Positions 1 through 11,751 of a stretch of 64,000 nucleotides of DNA are shown here, piece by piece (position 1 is the first letter of the stretch; each line of letters opens with the position of its first letter). This stretch comes from Octopus sinensis (Eukaryota): contig NC_042999.1 of assembly GCF_006345805.1 (NCBI RefSeq), positions 155,000,001 to 155,064,000 on the forward strand, written 5' to 3'. A program made the position numbers and the translations under genes. Below the pieces are notes generated by a model. The model was not told where the DNA came from and made no database searches. It saw only the letters and a list, made by a program, of their open reading frames with translations.

Positions 1-178
1 CTAGCATTACTTGACAGCCGATGCTGGTGTGTTTACGTCCCCGTAACTTAGCGGTTCGGCAAAGGGGACCGATAGAATAAGTACTGGGCTTGCAAAAAAT
101 GAGTCCCGGGGTCGATTTGCTCGACTAAAGGCGGTGCTCCAGCATGGCCGCAGCCAAATGACTGAAACAAGTAAAAGA

Positions 179-180
<2 letters not shown>
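1..180 (+). mobile_element. 3' part of a bipartite tRNA-derived SINE (family B)
   Basis: GCTGGTGTGTTTACGTCCCCGTAACTTAGCGGTTCGGC...ATGACTGAAACAAGTAAAAGAG, which recurs many times in the window. Confidence 0.85.
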
Positions 181-223
<43 letters not shown>

Positions 224-224
<1 letters not shown>

Positions 225-604
225 TAGCAGTATCGCCCGGCGTTGCTCAGGTTTGTAAGGGAAATAACTATAAAGCATTTTTAGAGAGTTATAGTCAAAA
301 AATAGCAAAAAAATGGGAAAAAAATGATGGTAAATTTTTTTTGAGAGTTAAAAAGGTGGAGTTGCGTCCCCTAGACGGTCTGTGGTTTGGGTTTCTGATT
401 CTCGACCCCATGTCGAATTTATCGATTTTTTTCAGAACTGAGGGAACTTTTCAAAATTTTCGCTGCGTTAGTTTTGAATTATGACATTGGGCTATGTGTG
501 TGTCAAGTTTCATCAGAATCGGTTGAAAGCCGTGGTCAGAGTGAGGGTACGAGAAAACAGACACACAGAAAACGCACAGACAAACTGCCGTTTATATATA
601 GAGA
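224..604 (-). mobile_element. Non-autonomous Helitron-like element
   Basis: On the minus strand it starts TC(TCTATATATAAA) and ends with a GC-rich hairpin (CCTGAGCAACGCCGGG) followed by CTAG; inserted between A and T inside a (TA)n tract; no TSD. Confidence 0.7.
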
Positions 605-605
605 T

Positions 606-785
606 ATATATATATATATATACGACAGGCTTCTTTCAGTTTCCGTCTACCAAATTCACTCACAAGGCTTTGATCGGCCCGAAGCTATAGTAGAAGACAT
701 TTGCCCAAGGTTCCACGCAGTGGGACTGAACCCGGAACCATGTGGTTGGTAAGCAAGCTACTTACCACAGAGCCACTCCTACGCC
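606..785 (-). mobile_element. SINE family B head
   Basis: Reverse complement of GTGGCTnTGTGGTAAGTAGCTTGCTTACCAACCACATGGTTCCGGGTTCAGTCCCACTGCG; contains a B-box-like GGTTCAGTCC. Confidence 0.85.
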
Positions 786-3700
786 TACGTCTGTAAATAA
801 TATTTTCAACTGGCAACTTTATAAGTGAGGGAATGAATTTTGCTCCGGGAGTGCAAACCCAGGCCCGATGAAGTTTTTCAGGAGGATGTTCAAACCGTTT
901 TTATTGCCCACGAAAATTTTAGTGGGTGCTCTTGTAACCCTTGTATCTCTTGTTTCCGATCCTATGTGTGGCTTTTGAAATGTTCAAGAATGGGTACTGG
1001 ACCCCTAGCAAGACTAAGATGCTCGTAAGGTGGGGAACCTGGATGTTTCAACGCCTCAGCCTTGCAATTACCTGCGCTGATGGCATATCTTGGGGTATCT
1101 AAAAAATTTAGAAAGGAACCAATTTCCTCTGACCTGATTATAGCTGAAATACAATGAATGGTATGCTTGTGCTCCCGTGGCGATTATTTATTGATTGATT
1201 TTCTTTGCTTTTTTTTCTTTATTCCTTTTCCATTTTCTAACTGTTTACTTTTATATGTAACGTAACCACGAATCTGGTCTCCGTCATTCTTTGTGTCAAA
1301 ACGCTCTTCAAAACCTTTCCATTAACACTGACCAGTGATATTGGTTAGCACTGACCAATCCTTTTAACGTACTTCACCTCTTCCGCAATATACATCAAAG
1401 TGCTCATTATAACTCCTTTTCGGATAGAGAGCCCATTCTAGCCAGCCTTTGCCATTTGTAACACAGCATCAACCACCTTCAGTTGCAAATCACCCACGTC
1501 AAACTCATACAGTGGTTTTATTGGTGTGCTAAAACCTGAGGTCGCCATGAGCGGCTCACTCCATTTCTCATCTGAACATGTGGATTTCAGATATGCTTCC
1601 CGCTCTTCTTTCAACACCTTTAGGAATTCGAATGCTCTTTCTTCATACATTTTTGGTCTTTATAGAAACCCTTTCACCGTTTCTCTCGGTATTTCCTCTT
1701 CTAGAAATGCTATTCCGCCTTTCTCTTGTTTACGAACCTTCCCTTCACATCATCATAGAGCTCCGAAGGGCCTGCTTTTATTTCTTCCCGAGCCTTCAAC
1801 ATCTGTCACCAAAGAATTTTTTTCTAGGCCTGAAATTCGCCAGCAGACGCCGCTTTCTTCGATAACTTCCATCCCAAATTGCTCGGTTTCCTCTACTCAA
1901 CATGGACTTGGGGACTTGGCCCCAAATTCTTCCGTTGACTAAAATTAACGCAGTTTCAGCACCCCTGGCTCCCCCCCCCCCCGCTTCACTCTTCAATTCC
2001 TTGCAACTCAATTCCTTCCCCATCCATTCTTCATCTGTAGCTGACGGCTACAAGATGAAAACCATCCTCTCCCTCTTCTCTTGTGCAGAGTGAGGGTCTG
2101 TAGTATTGTGGTTTGAAACCTAATATATGGCTAACCGAATCCCGCATTTACAACCTTCTACTACACCATAACCTCGTCTTGGGCACTACAATACCTCTCC
2201 ACTCACCTTTATGCACCCTCCCACATATCTCGGGAAAATCTTCGGATCCCTGTCCAACACGGGAAGACGGTTGCCAAGGAAGCACACACCCACCAATGGA
2301 AATAAAAACCTCTTTATCAATCCAGTAAGTACTGGAGACAACTGAAGGTACGCTTCGGTCTTATCAGCTGTCATCAGTGAATCGTAGACTTCACAGTACT
2401 GTAGGAGAAAATACACTGAGTATAGTATACTGGCAGGTGTGAAATGATGCCATAATTAGCTAATTAATTTCTGTGGATAATTACTTTCTGACGTCACTTA
2501 CATAAAAACTACAACAATTAACTTCAGTAATTAACCGCAGTGATTCATTCGCTAAAATATGCTTCGCTCCCAGTGACGACGAATGCGATGACGTCACTAT
2601 GACGACGAATACGATGAAGTCACTGCTTCGCTGAGGAGACCTAACAATACGAAAACATGTCCAGAATTGTTTCCCGTGTTCGCCGAAACAAAAAAAAATA
2701 TTGTTCACTGAGCAAACGCTGTCTTTTCTTCACTTCATAATTTTTCCTAAATAGGAATAATTATAAATTAGGTGTCATTGTGTTTCGTCGTTGCATTCTG
2801 AGTTCAAGTTCCCCCTATTCCAGTTAAGATTGATACGCTTAAAGCCCATAAAAGTGGAATCTGGTACACTCCGCTCCTCATTCATCTCCATAAATGATAT
2901 AACCCAGTGTCTATATAAGATTTTATTATTGCTAACTGTTTGGTCTCACTGTCGAAAGAAAGCTAACTCCAATGGTTTGCGCCACTTAAAACTGTGGACT
3001 GGGAGAGACTGTCCGTTCCACCTGCAAGAAATAGCAGCTAAATCTCCCTTCAATCACATCTTAATGTCTTAAGAAGGAGAATAGGCGCACGTTGTACGAT
3101 ATATTCCTAGACACACTGTGTGCTGAAAAGAGATGCCCACGAGTGGAACCTCATATATATTACATTCATACATATATATGTGAGTGTATGTGTGTATACA
3201 TATGTGTTTACATATGTATGTGGGCATAAATACACATATATTCATACAAGCACTCCACACACACGTAGATGTAAGTAAACACTATCTACACGATAATTAA
3301 TACTGTCTGTCCATTCCTTTTCACTACCTGTCAACTACCGTGTTAATATTAAAGAACGTTCACCCGTAAAAAAAAAAAACGAAAAAAGCATTATAATTAT
3401 TATTATTATTATTTATTTATCATAATTTCCCATCACCACCATTCTCATTTTCCTGTAACGAACAGAATATTTAATTTTTTGTTGAAACTATTCGGTAATT
3501 ATAACTAAAACAACTATACACACGGCACTTAACCTTCTCTCTTTCTCTCTCTCTCTCTCTCTCTTCTTTTCCCTGCCTGTTTCTACTTGCACTCGCTTTC
3601 TCCTTCCCTCTTTCTATCTTTCTCGTGTTCTCTCTCTTCCCCCTCTCTGTATCTGTCTCTGTGTTTTTTTCCTCCCTCTCCTGCTTAGTTGCTTCTTTCA

Positions 3701-4334
3701 CCAAGTAGTAATGTTTTTGTGTTTCGTGTGGCAGTAAAACTTCCAACTCACTTAGCTTTGGTTTCTGTAAGTACTTTCACCACTTTTATTCATATATATA
3801 TAGACAGATAGCTAAATATAAGTATCATATATGTGACTGGGATTTCGTTGTTTCATTTAAGTTTTGCTTAATCTGTTATAATACTTTAAATCTTGTCAGG
3901 TAATTTATAACAACACTCCTTGTTTATGTATTCATTTAATAAATTCATTTCTTGCGATAAATGTTATTATTATTAGTAGTAGTATTCAAACCAACTTATT
4001 TTAACACTTTGTATAGAATCTTACAGTCTCTATCGATCTTGGTATTTAAAACAATATAATCGATCTTTTATCTAAAAAAAAAGACAAACTAATTTCACTG
4101 AGAGTAAATATCTCTGCCAATATATTGAATATGTAGGTTAAAAGTACAATATTTATGTATTCGACATATATAAATGTTTCACTACACCTGTTCTTCTGTT
4201 AATATTTAATTTGATTTTAATTAACTGAAATCTTAAAAACAACGGCTGATAAGGAACGTCTATTTTATTATATTTTATAAGAAACCCGAACTTTAACCAC
4301 ACTTCAAACGTTACCTGTGCCAATATATTTATTA

Positions 4335-4337
4335 ATA

Positions 4338-4399
<62 letters not shown>

Positions 4400-4517
4400 T
4401 GTATGTATGTATATATATCTGTGTATGTATGTATATATCTGTGTATGTATGTATATATATATATAAAATATATATATATATATATATCTATATATATATA
4501 TATATCTGTATGTATAT

Positions 4518-4561
<44 letters not shown>

Positions 4562-4566
4562 CTGTG

Positions 4567-4611
<45 letters not shown>

Positions 4612-4663
4612 GTGTATGTATATATCTGTGTATGTATATAATATATATATATATATATATATA

Positions 4664-4696
<33 letters not shown>

Positions 4697-4762
4697 GTGT
4701 ATATATATATATATAATATATCTGTGTATGTATATATATATTATATATATATATATGGTATG

Positions 4763-4793
<31 letters not shown>

Positions 4794-5087
4794 TATATAT
4801 ATATATATATATATATCTGTGTATATATATATATATATATAAATATATTTATATATATATATATATATATTGTGTATGTATATATATATATAAATATATT
4901 TATATATATATATATATCTGTGTATGTATATATATATATAAATATATTATATATATATATATATATATCTGTGTATGTATATATATAATATATAATATAT
5001 ATATATATATATATATCTGTGTATGTATATATATATATAAATATATTTATATATTATATATATATCTGTGTGTGTATGTATGTATAT
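4335..5087. repeat. About 750-bp compound (TA)n microsatellite with recurring ATATCTGTGTATGT interruptions
   Basis: Read directly from the sequence. Confidence 0.95.
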
Positions 5088-5944
5088 GATGCAATTTGTT
5101 TACATCTTGAGAATTTAGAAAGTTCAAGAGATATGAAATATATCGTTTTGATCAGACTCGAAGTAAATAAAGCTATAAATAATAGTGTGTGTGGGAATAT
5201 TGGATTGAGAAACCTCTTAGATGAAATGAAAAAAAAAAAAGTCTTCGACTCTCGATTCCTCCATTCTTCTTTTTCTCCATTCTACTCATCTCTTCCACGT
5301 AATCATTTATTTCGTCACTTTTTAAATGACAGCCAAATGCTTTTAGCAATTATATATAAATACATATATACACGCACTGCTCACACCCACACACGAAAAC
5401 GGCGACCAGTTCCTTAATATTACACCCTTTTAATACATCAGTTATATCCATTCTTGATTTTATCTCTTCGCCACGATCTCTCTCCCACTATCTATCACAC
5501 ATACACAGAAATATGTACGTATACACACTCATAATATGTATATATATATATAGACAATACATACACACATATTATAGATACATCCGTTTTTGTTTTAGTT
5601 CTTATATTTTTATTACGGTAAATTGAAAGCAAATCATTTTCATTTAGAATATATTTTTTTCATTCTCTCTCTCTGTCTGTCATTAATAATGATAATAATC
5701 TACAGTTATATATGCGCGTGTGTGTATGTTATATATATATATATGTATATATATGTGTGTGTCTGTGAGTGCGCGCGCGTATGAAGTAGTACATCGCTAA
5801 TATAATGCACACATCAGACACATGTCCATTTCGCCTCCACACATGACAAATGCTGTCGTTTCCATTATTTTTTTTCCTTTTTCGGAAAAGCACGGACACA
5901 CACACACACACACTCTCTCTCCCTCTCCTATATATATATATATC

Positions 5945-6070
5945 GAAATTACTACGATGATCCGGTTCTTGACTGAAGACTGGGGGTTTCGAATGTCCTG
6001 TCCGTGTTTATTGTATCGTCTTCTAAGAGTTATACGTTCTTGTCCATGTTGTATTTTTCTACATACCTTA
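5945..6070 (-). mobile_element. Probable decayed Penelope-like GIY-YIG endonuclease fragment
   Basis: Minus frame reads VCRKIQHGQERITLRRRYNKHGQDIRNP, fitting the C-x3-YIGxT-x3-L-x2-R-x3-H-x3-I pattern with YIG degraded to QHG. Confidence 0.4.
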
Positions 6071-6089
6071 ACATTATATATATATATAT

Positions 6090-6123
<34 letters not shown>

Positions 6124-6331
6124 ATCTGTGTGTGTATATAAAGTGGCACACCGCTGTGTATTTTAAATACACTCCGACACATGTTTATTCCGCCTCCTCT
6201 CTTTCACCATATTTATATATATTTGATTACATGAATTTTTATTCTTTCAAGACTAATTTAACTTTTGTATATGAACCAAAAGCAAAAAAAAAAAAAGAAA
6301 AGCTTAATTCCTCTAATTAAACACAATTAGT

Positions 6332-6347
6332 TCTATCTATCTATCTG

Positions 6348-6402
<55 letters not shown>

Positions 6403-6583
6403 GTCTGTCTATCTATCTATCTTTCTGTCTATCTATCTATTTATCTTTCTGTCTATCTATCTATTTATCTTTCTGTCTATCTATCTATCTATCTTCTGTC
6501 TATCTATCTATCTATCTTTCTGTCTATCTATCTATCTATCTTTCTGTCTATCTATCTATCTATCTATCTATAGATAGATAGAT
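6332..6583. repeat. (TCTA)n/(TCTG) tetranucleotide array with a terminal switch to (TAGA)n
   Basis: Read directly from the sequence. Confidence 0.95.
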
Positions 6584-8549
6584 GTTTTGTCGTTTGTCTT
6601 TTCCTCTCAGTCACACGAAAACAATTGGTACGGAAATATAATTGACAATGGATTTTTGTATTTACTTCATTCTGCCTTTTCATTGCTTTCAATTTTCCCA
6701 TCATATGCGGCTAATAAACCTCTTTTCTGTATAATAGAGTAAAAGATATTATATAATATAACGGTATGCGTTTACAAAAGCGTCGGGCAAAGTAAAACCT
6801 TTTTCATCTGTAAGCTTTTGTAGAGGGTTAAGGTGGTTAAAAATTACATTGTAGTGAGTAAAAGCATTATTTAATTTTTTTAGCATACATATAGAAACAG
6901 TGAAATTATAACATTTAATTGGTTTAATCATACGTTATGAGCGGTTGAAGAACGAAAATTAGCATTCCGTTCTTTTTAGTTGAATATTTTGAAATGGCGA
7001 AATTACAAAAATAAATTTTATACTTTCGTTTTGCTTATTAAAAAGCCTCACAAAAGCGTCACGTTCGCCGACGCTCACAACATTAAGAATCTAGTAACAT
7101 TATGTAGATGTGGAATTAACCAAACAAACAAAATTTATATAAGCAATTTCCTTATATAATAAATGTAGAAACGTGCTTCATATATTTGTAAGATATACAA
7201 GAAATATCAACACCTAGACAGATATAAAAGTATAAAAACTTTCTAAAGCCTTTAAAATTACAATTTAGAATATAATTATATATTATTCTCTTTTATTTAT
7301 TTTTTTTTTTTGACGACCGTATCCTTAAATGAACCATTTAGATGTCATTAATACGGACGACAATACTTTAGTGTTGTTATTATTTCTAGCACTCACATCT
7401 ACCCTGTGTATATGCCAGTCATGACTAACCTGTCTTTTGAAGAATATCTAAGACTACACTACTGAATGTGTACTTTCTGTATTTAAACTCGGTGTGGTGT
7501 GATCTAAGTGAAATTTGTCTGCTATTTCTTGCAGGCCGGTTAACCGCAGAGGATCGCTTGGTGGTTCCAACAACGTGGAATGTAGCTAAATATTTGAAAT
7601 TATTCACACTCCACCGTCGTTATCTTTGTTTATTTAAGAATGTCAAAGCATTATCCTGCTCCGAATTTAACTGAATAGTTCTGAGAATCGTGATGATATT
7701 TATAATATATTTTTGTATCAGTTTATGACCTGAGTGAAAGAAGTATGTAGCGGTGGGGTATTTGTGCTCTTATTCGCACAATTCTGTCATTGTATGCCTA
7801 CGCGAAATGTGAGTGGGTGAACTGGTAGTGTATTCATCAAAAGGTGCCCTGGTATTTTGTTATTTGTCCTTGTTTCATCTTCGTTGACCTCTTCCCCTCT
7901 CTTTCTCTCCCTCTGTGTGTGTGTGTATAAGTGTGGCTGTGCGGTAAGAAGTTTGCTTCCCAACCACATGATTCTGGGTTCAGTCCCCTTGCAACGTACC
8001 TTGGGCAAGTGTCTTCTACAATGGCCTCAGACCAACCAAAGCTTGTGAGAGGATTTGGTAAGTGGAAACTAAAAAAAAAAAAAAACAGGGCTGGGTGGTA
8101 GTGTCAAGGAGGGCATGACAAAGACAAGGAAATTTCCACAACTGTCAACTTGTACACGCCAAAGTTCAGCTTGCCCGGGGCACCAACAACCCTAGGGTCG
8201 GCCCTGCGTATATATATATATATATGTATGTGCATCTTTGTGTCTGTATGACATCCGGTATTGGTGTGTTTAATCCCCATGACTTAATGGTTCAACAAAA
8301 GAGACCGATAGAATATGTACCAGGCTTGGAGGAAAATATTGGGGTCAATTCATTGGACTGAAATTCTTCAAAGGTGGTGCCCCAGCATGGCCGCAGTCTA
8401 ATGACTGAAACAAGTGAAAGGCAAAAGGCATGTGAAAAAAAGCCTCTTAAATGCTAGAGTTTCATACCAAAGCGCTGACATACACATACAAGCTGGCATG
8501 CCTGATTACAAAGTCCTGCATGCATGAATAAATGCTAAACAATAACACA

Positions 8550-9072
8550 ACGTCAGGTCGACGATGGGAAGGATGGCTTCCCTTTGCAAATACTGATAGG
8601 GCACAGAAAGTGTGTCAATAGCCAGCTGGAGAAGAAGTTCTCCTGGGGCTACAAGCTACAGTAGCATCCACCCTTAGTGGTTAGCCACATATAAGTAGCA
8701 AATATACTTCACATTGTTGTGCAGTTACTCTTTATACCTCATTCAGAGATTTATTATTGCTTGTTTACACTTTTTCGAGATCAGTGACTTTTCATCACTG
8801 GAAAACAGATATATGTATTTGCATTGGGACCCCTTCGCATCAAAGACCAGTGATTGTCATGTGCTGACGATGGGTAAATATCCAGAAACTCAGGTCCGTG
8901 CGTATCACGTCAGGTCAACAAAGGGAAGGATGGCTTCCCTTTGCAAATACTGATGGGGCACAGAAAGTGTTTCAATAGCCAGCTGGAGAAGATGTTATCC
9001 TGGGGCTACAAGCTACAGTAACATCCATCCTTAGTGGTTAGCCAATATAAGTGGCAAATATACTTCACAATA
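8550..9072 (-). mobile_element. Two tandem partial copies of the foldback-MITE family found complete at 28320-28723
   Basis: GATGGCTTCCCTTTGCAAATACTGAT...GGCAAATATACTTCACA occurs at about 8570-8712 and 8928-9070; 8790-9070 is the reverse complement of about 28320-28595. Confidence 0.8.
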
Positions 9073-9162
9073 TACTTAAATGGCAAATATACTTCACAAC
9101 CATAAAATTTAATCGCTTAAAGTTTTCCATAAAGACTCTCCATTACAAACTAACATACACTC

Positions 9163-9392
9163 TTAACCGTTTAGACACCAACCCAGCTGAAACTGGCTCT
9201 GGCTTTGTGGTACAAATGTCTTGTTTCCATAAGTTTTGAACTAAAATTTTCCACCAAACCTTAGTCATAATTTATGTTCCTAACACTAGCTTAATGATAA
9301 CTAAGTTATTTTACTAAATTCTTTGTTATATTTAGAATTAATTGAAAGAAACACAGAACATCTTAAAATAAATACAGTAACAAAAGGGTTAA
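9163..9392 (+). mobile_element. piggyBac-type MITE family 1 (about 225 bp)
   Basis: TTAA at both ends; degenerate CCCTTT...AAAGGG termini; body shared with other copies. Confidence 0.85.
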
Positions 9393-9460
9393 TTATCATT
9401 CAACAAGTCTCAGCTTACCCTAGAAAATATTAACTAAACAGAGATTATATAAAGCTAAGA

Positions 9461-9934
9461 CTAGCTATTTTGACCCGTGCTTCACTCGGGTTTTGGTGGT
9501 GGTGTTATTTTGTGCATGCTGTCTCCTTTTCCCTTTCTTCTTTTGTTCGTCTTCTTTGCCTGGTTCTTTTTATTGCCCTCTTCTTTACCCCACTTACCAA
9601 AATCCCCCAAATTTTTACACCCACAATTAAAGATAACCACTTCTAGCCCCTGCAGCAACACGAAAAGCCACCATTATTCAAACAGCGCAGGCTGTCTACC
9701 CCATAAAACTCAATTTTTCCCATATTCCTCACCATGGCAACCAAACAGTAGCCCCAAGCAACTTGCAACCCTCCTCACACCAATGCCCACCCCATTTTAC
9801 CCCCCCCCCCCCTCGTGTAAATTTTGGTGCCAATCCGACCCCATCTACTGCCCCTTAAACCATTCCCATCCCAAAATGAAACAAATAACCAAGAAATCAA
9901 ACAACTTTTTCGCATTTCAGCTTTATAGATATGA
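9461..9934 (-). mobile_element. Non-autonomous Helitron-like element (second family)
   Basis: Plus strand starts A|CTAG followed by the hairpin ACCCG-TGCTTCACT-CGGGT and ends TTTATAGATATGA|T; close paralogue at 61220-61685. Confidence 0.75.
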
Positions 9935-10078
9935 TGAACTCAAATGTACCACAGTCCAATGATGCCTTAGCTGGCTGAAACTTCAAAGTCACTGTCAATA
10001 ATAGTCTTGTTAAAGAAGAAGAAATTTATGCTCTACTCTCAAGTAATCCTTCAGTTTAACGTAAAACTGTTTTTATTC

Positions 10079-10247
10079 AGGAGTGGCCGTGTGGTAAGTA
10101 GCTTGCTTACGAACCACATGGTTCCAGGTTCAGTCCCACTGCGTGGCACCTTGGGCAAGTGTCTTCTACTATAGCCTCGGGCCAACTAAAACCTTGTGAG
10201 TGGATTTGGGAGGCGGAAACTGAAATAAGCCCATCGTATATATGTAT

Positions 10248-10280
<33 letters not shown>

Positions 10281-10475
10281 GTGTATATATATGTGTCTGT
10301 GTTTGTCCCCCCTGCCATCGCTTGATAACTGTTGTTGGTGTATTTACGTCCCCGTAACTTAGCACTTTGGCAAGAAGAGGCTGATAGAATAAGTACTAGG
10401 CTTACAAAGAATAAGTCCTGGGTCAATTTGCTCAACTATGGCCACTGTCAGATGACTGAAACAAGTAATAGAATA
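10079..10475 (+). mobile_element. Near full-length SINE family B (head, (TA)n linker, tail)
   Basis: GAGTGGCCGTGTGGTAAG head, central TA tract, tail ending ATGACTGAAACAAGTAA. Confidence 0.9.
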
Positions 10476-11751
10476 AATGGATAACTGATTTATTGCAGTT
10501 AAATTTTAACAAAATTTTATATGGATCCCCAAGGGCCATATAAACCCCTGCTCTAACCTTTTGTCACTTAGTATAAAGCTTCTTTTCTCTACTCAGTCAA
10601 AGGGGATTTTAGTTTTGCAAGCTACAGGGAGACCTAACTAGTGCTGATACTTTGAAAATAAAAGCACTTGGTACACTTTGCAAAGTAGTGGGCCTTAGGA
10701 AGGGCATGAAAACCATGCCAAAGTGGACAATGGAGCATCACATATTCGTCTGTTCTGTGGGGTCTTGTTGAACTGTCCAATCCATGCCAGCATGGAAGAC
10801 AGATGTTAAAAGATGCTGATGGCATTTTTTTTTCTCTCCTGCTCTTTCTGTAGAATTTGTATCCATAAAATTTCTTCTTTTACATCATGTTGGGCACATT
10901 TAATAACCATCTTAATTTTATTGAACATGGCAATTTATCTGGTCCATTGTCACCCCCCCCCCCCCGAGCCACAATTGCTCCTGTTTATTTTAATTCCTGT
11001 TATCGAGGCTTAGTGGTGCACAAGGGAGAGTGGTGATATTTTTGTGGAGATTCTAGCATTGATAAAGGGTTAGCTCAACAACATAGTCTAGGAGGCATTT
11101 CAGCTAACATACAATCAGCACTGGATTAACCATTAAGCAAAATAAGCACATGCTTAGGGCATCAAGGGTGGGGGCACCACAGAAATGGTGAATGGTTTAC
11201 AGCACAAAAGAAATCACTTTAAACTTGCTATAATATTATTCAGAATGTTTTATCTCTACCAATTATAGAAGCAGATGTGTTACATAAGATTAACTTTGTG
11301 GAATTAATCAAAGACCTTGCAATTAAAAAAAAAAGTAGGAGAAAACTATTCATATATAAAGTAGAAGTATACAAAGATGAACATTATGTTCCATTTTACT
11401 GTTAGTTTTGTATTATTTTGAAAAATAAAAATTTATTTTATGGTTTATTATAGTTTATAGTTTGAAGTTCATATTTATGGGAGCACCAAAAACTTCTTGA
11501 AGTGTTTAAGGCCTCTGTGGGTCTTCATCTGGCCCTGCATATTACAAACAACTTCAAAAAAACCTCTTTCTTTTAGGGTTAGGCATAATTATACTGCCAG
11601 CTGGTCCTGTCCAAGATGCATGTAGAGTGACATAGTCCACAGCCATGCTGCACACACTCGTCTGAAAAATGCTGACATCAACAGAAATGTCAAACAGCTG
11701 TTGTTACACGTAGGATACATCTAGCCATTAGTCAAGTCCAGCTTGCCATCA

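Noticed and set aside
4399-5417. Long YIYI/ICVY-rich ORFs (also 44639-45222, 48444-48910, 43716-44069)
   Set aside because: They are translations of (TA)n/(TG)n microsatellites, which are stop-free in some frames by construction.
7050-7080. GTCACGT motif near the presumed promoter as a Golgi-stress (TFE3/CREB3-type) element
   Set aside because: Imperfect match to a short motif that is expected by chance, and the TSS is unmapped.
7468-7674. 68-aa ORF with a TTTCTTGCAG acceptor-like site as an upstream BLZF1 coding exon
   Set aside because: The same CTGCTATTTCTTGCAGG string occurs inverted near 3020, suggesting a repeat, and the in-frame stop at 12931 blocks N-terminal extension.
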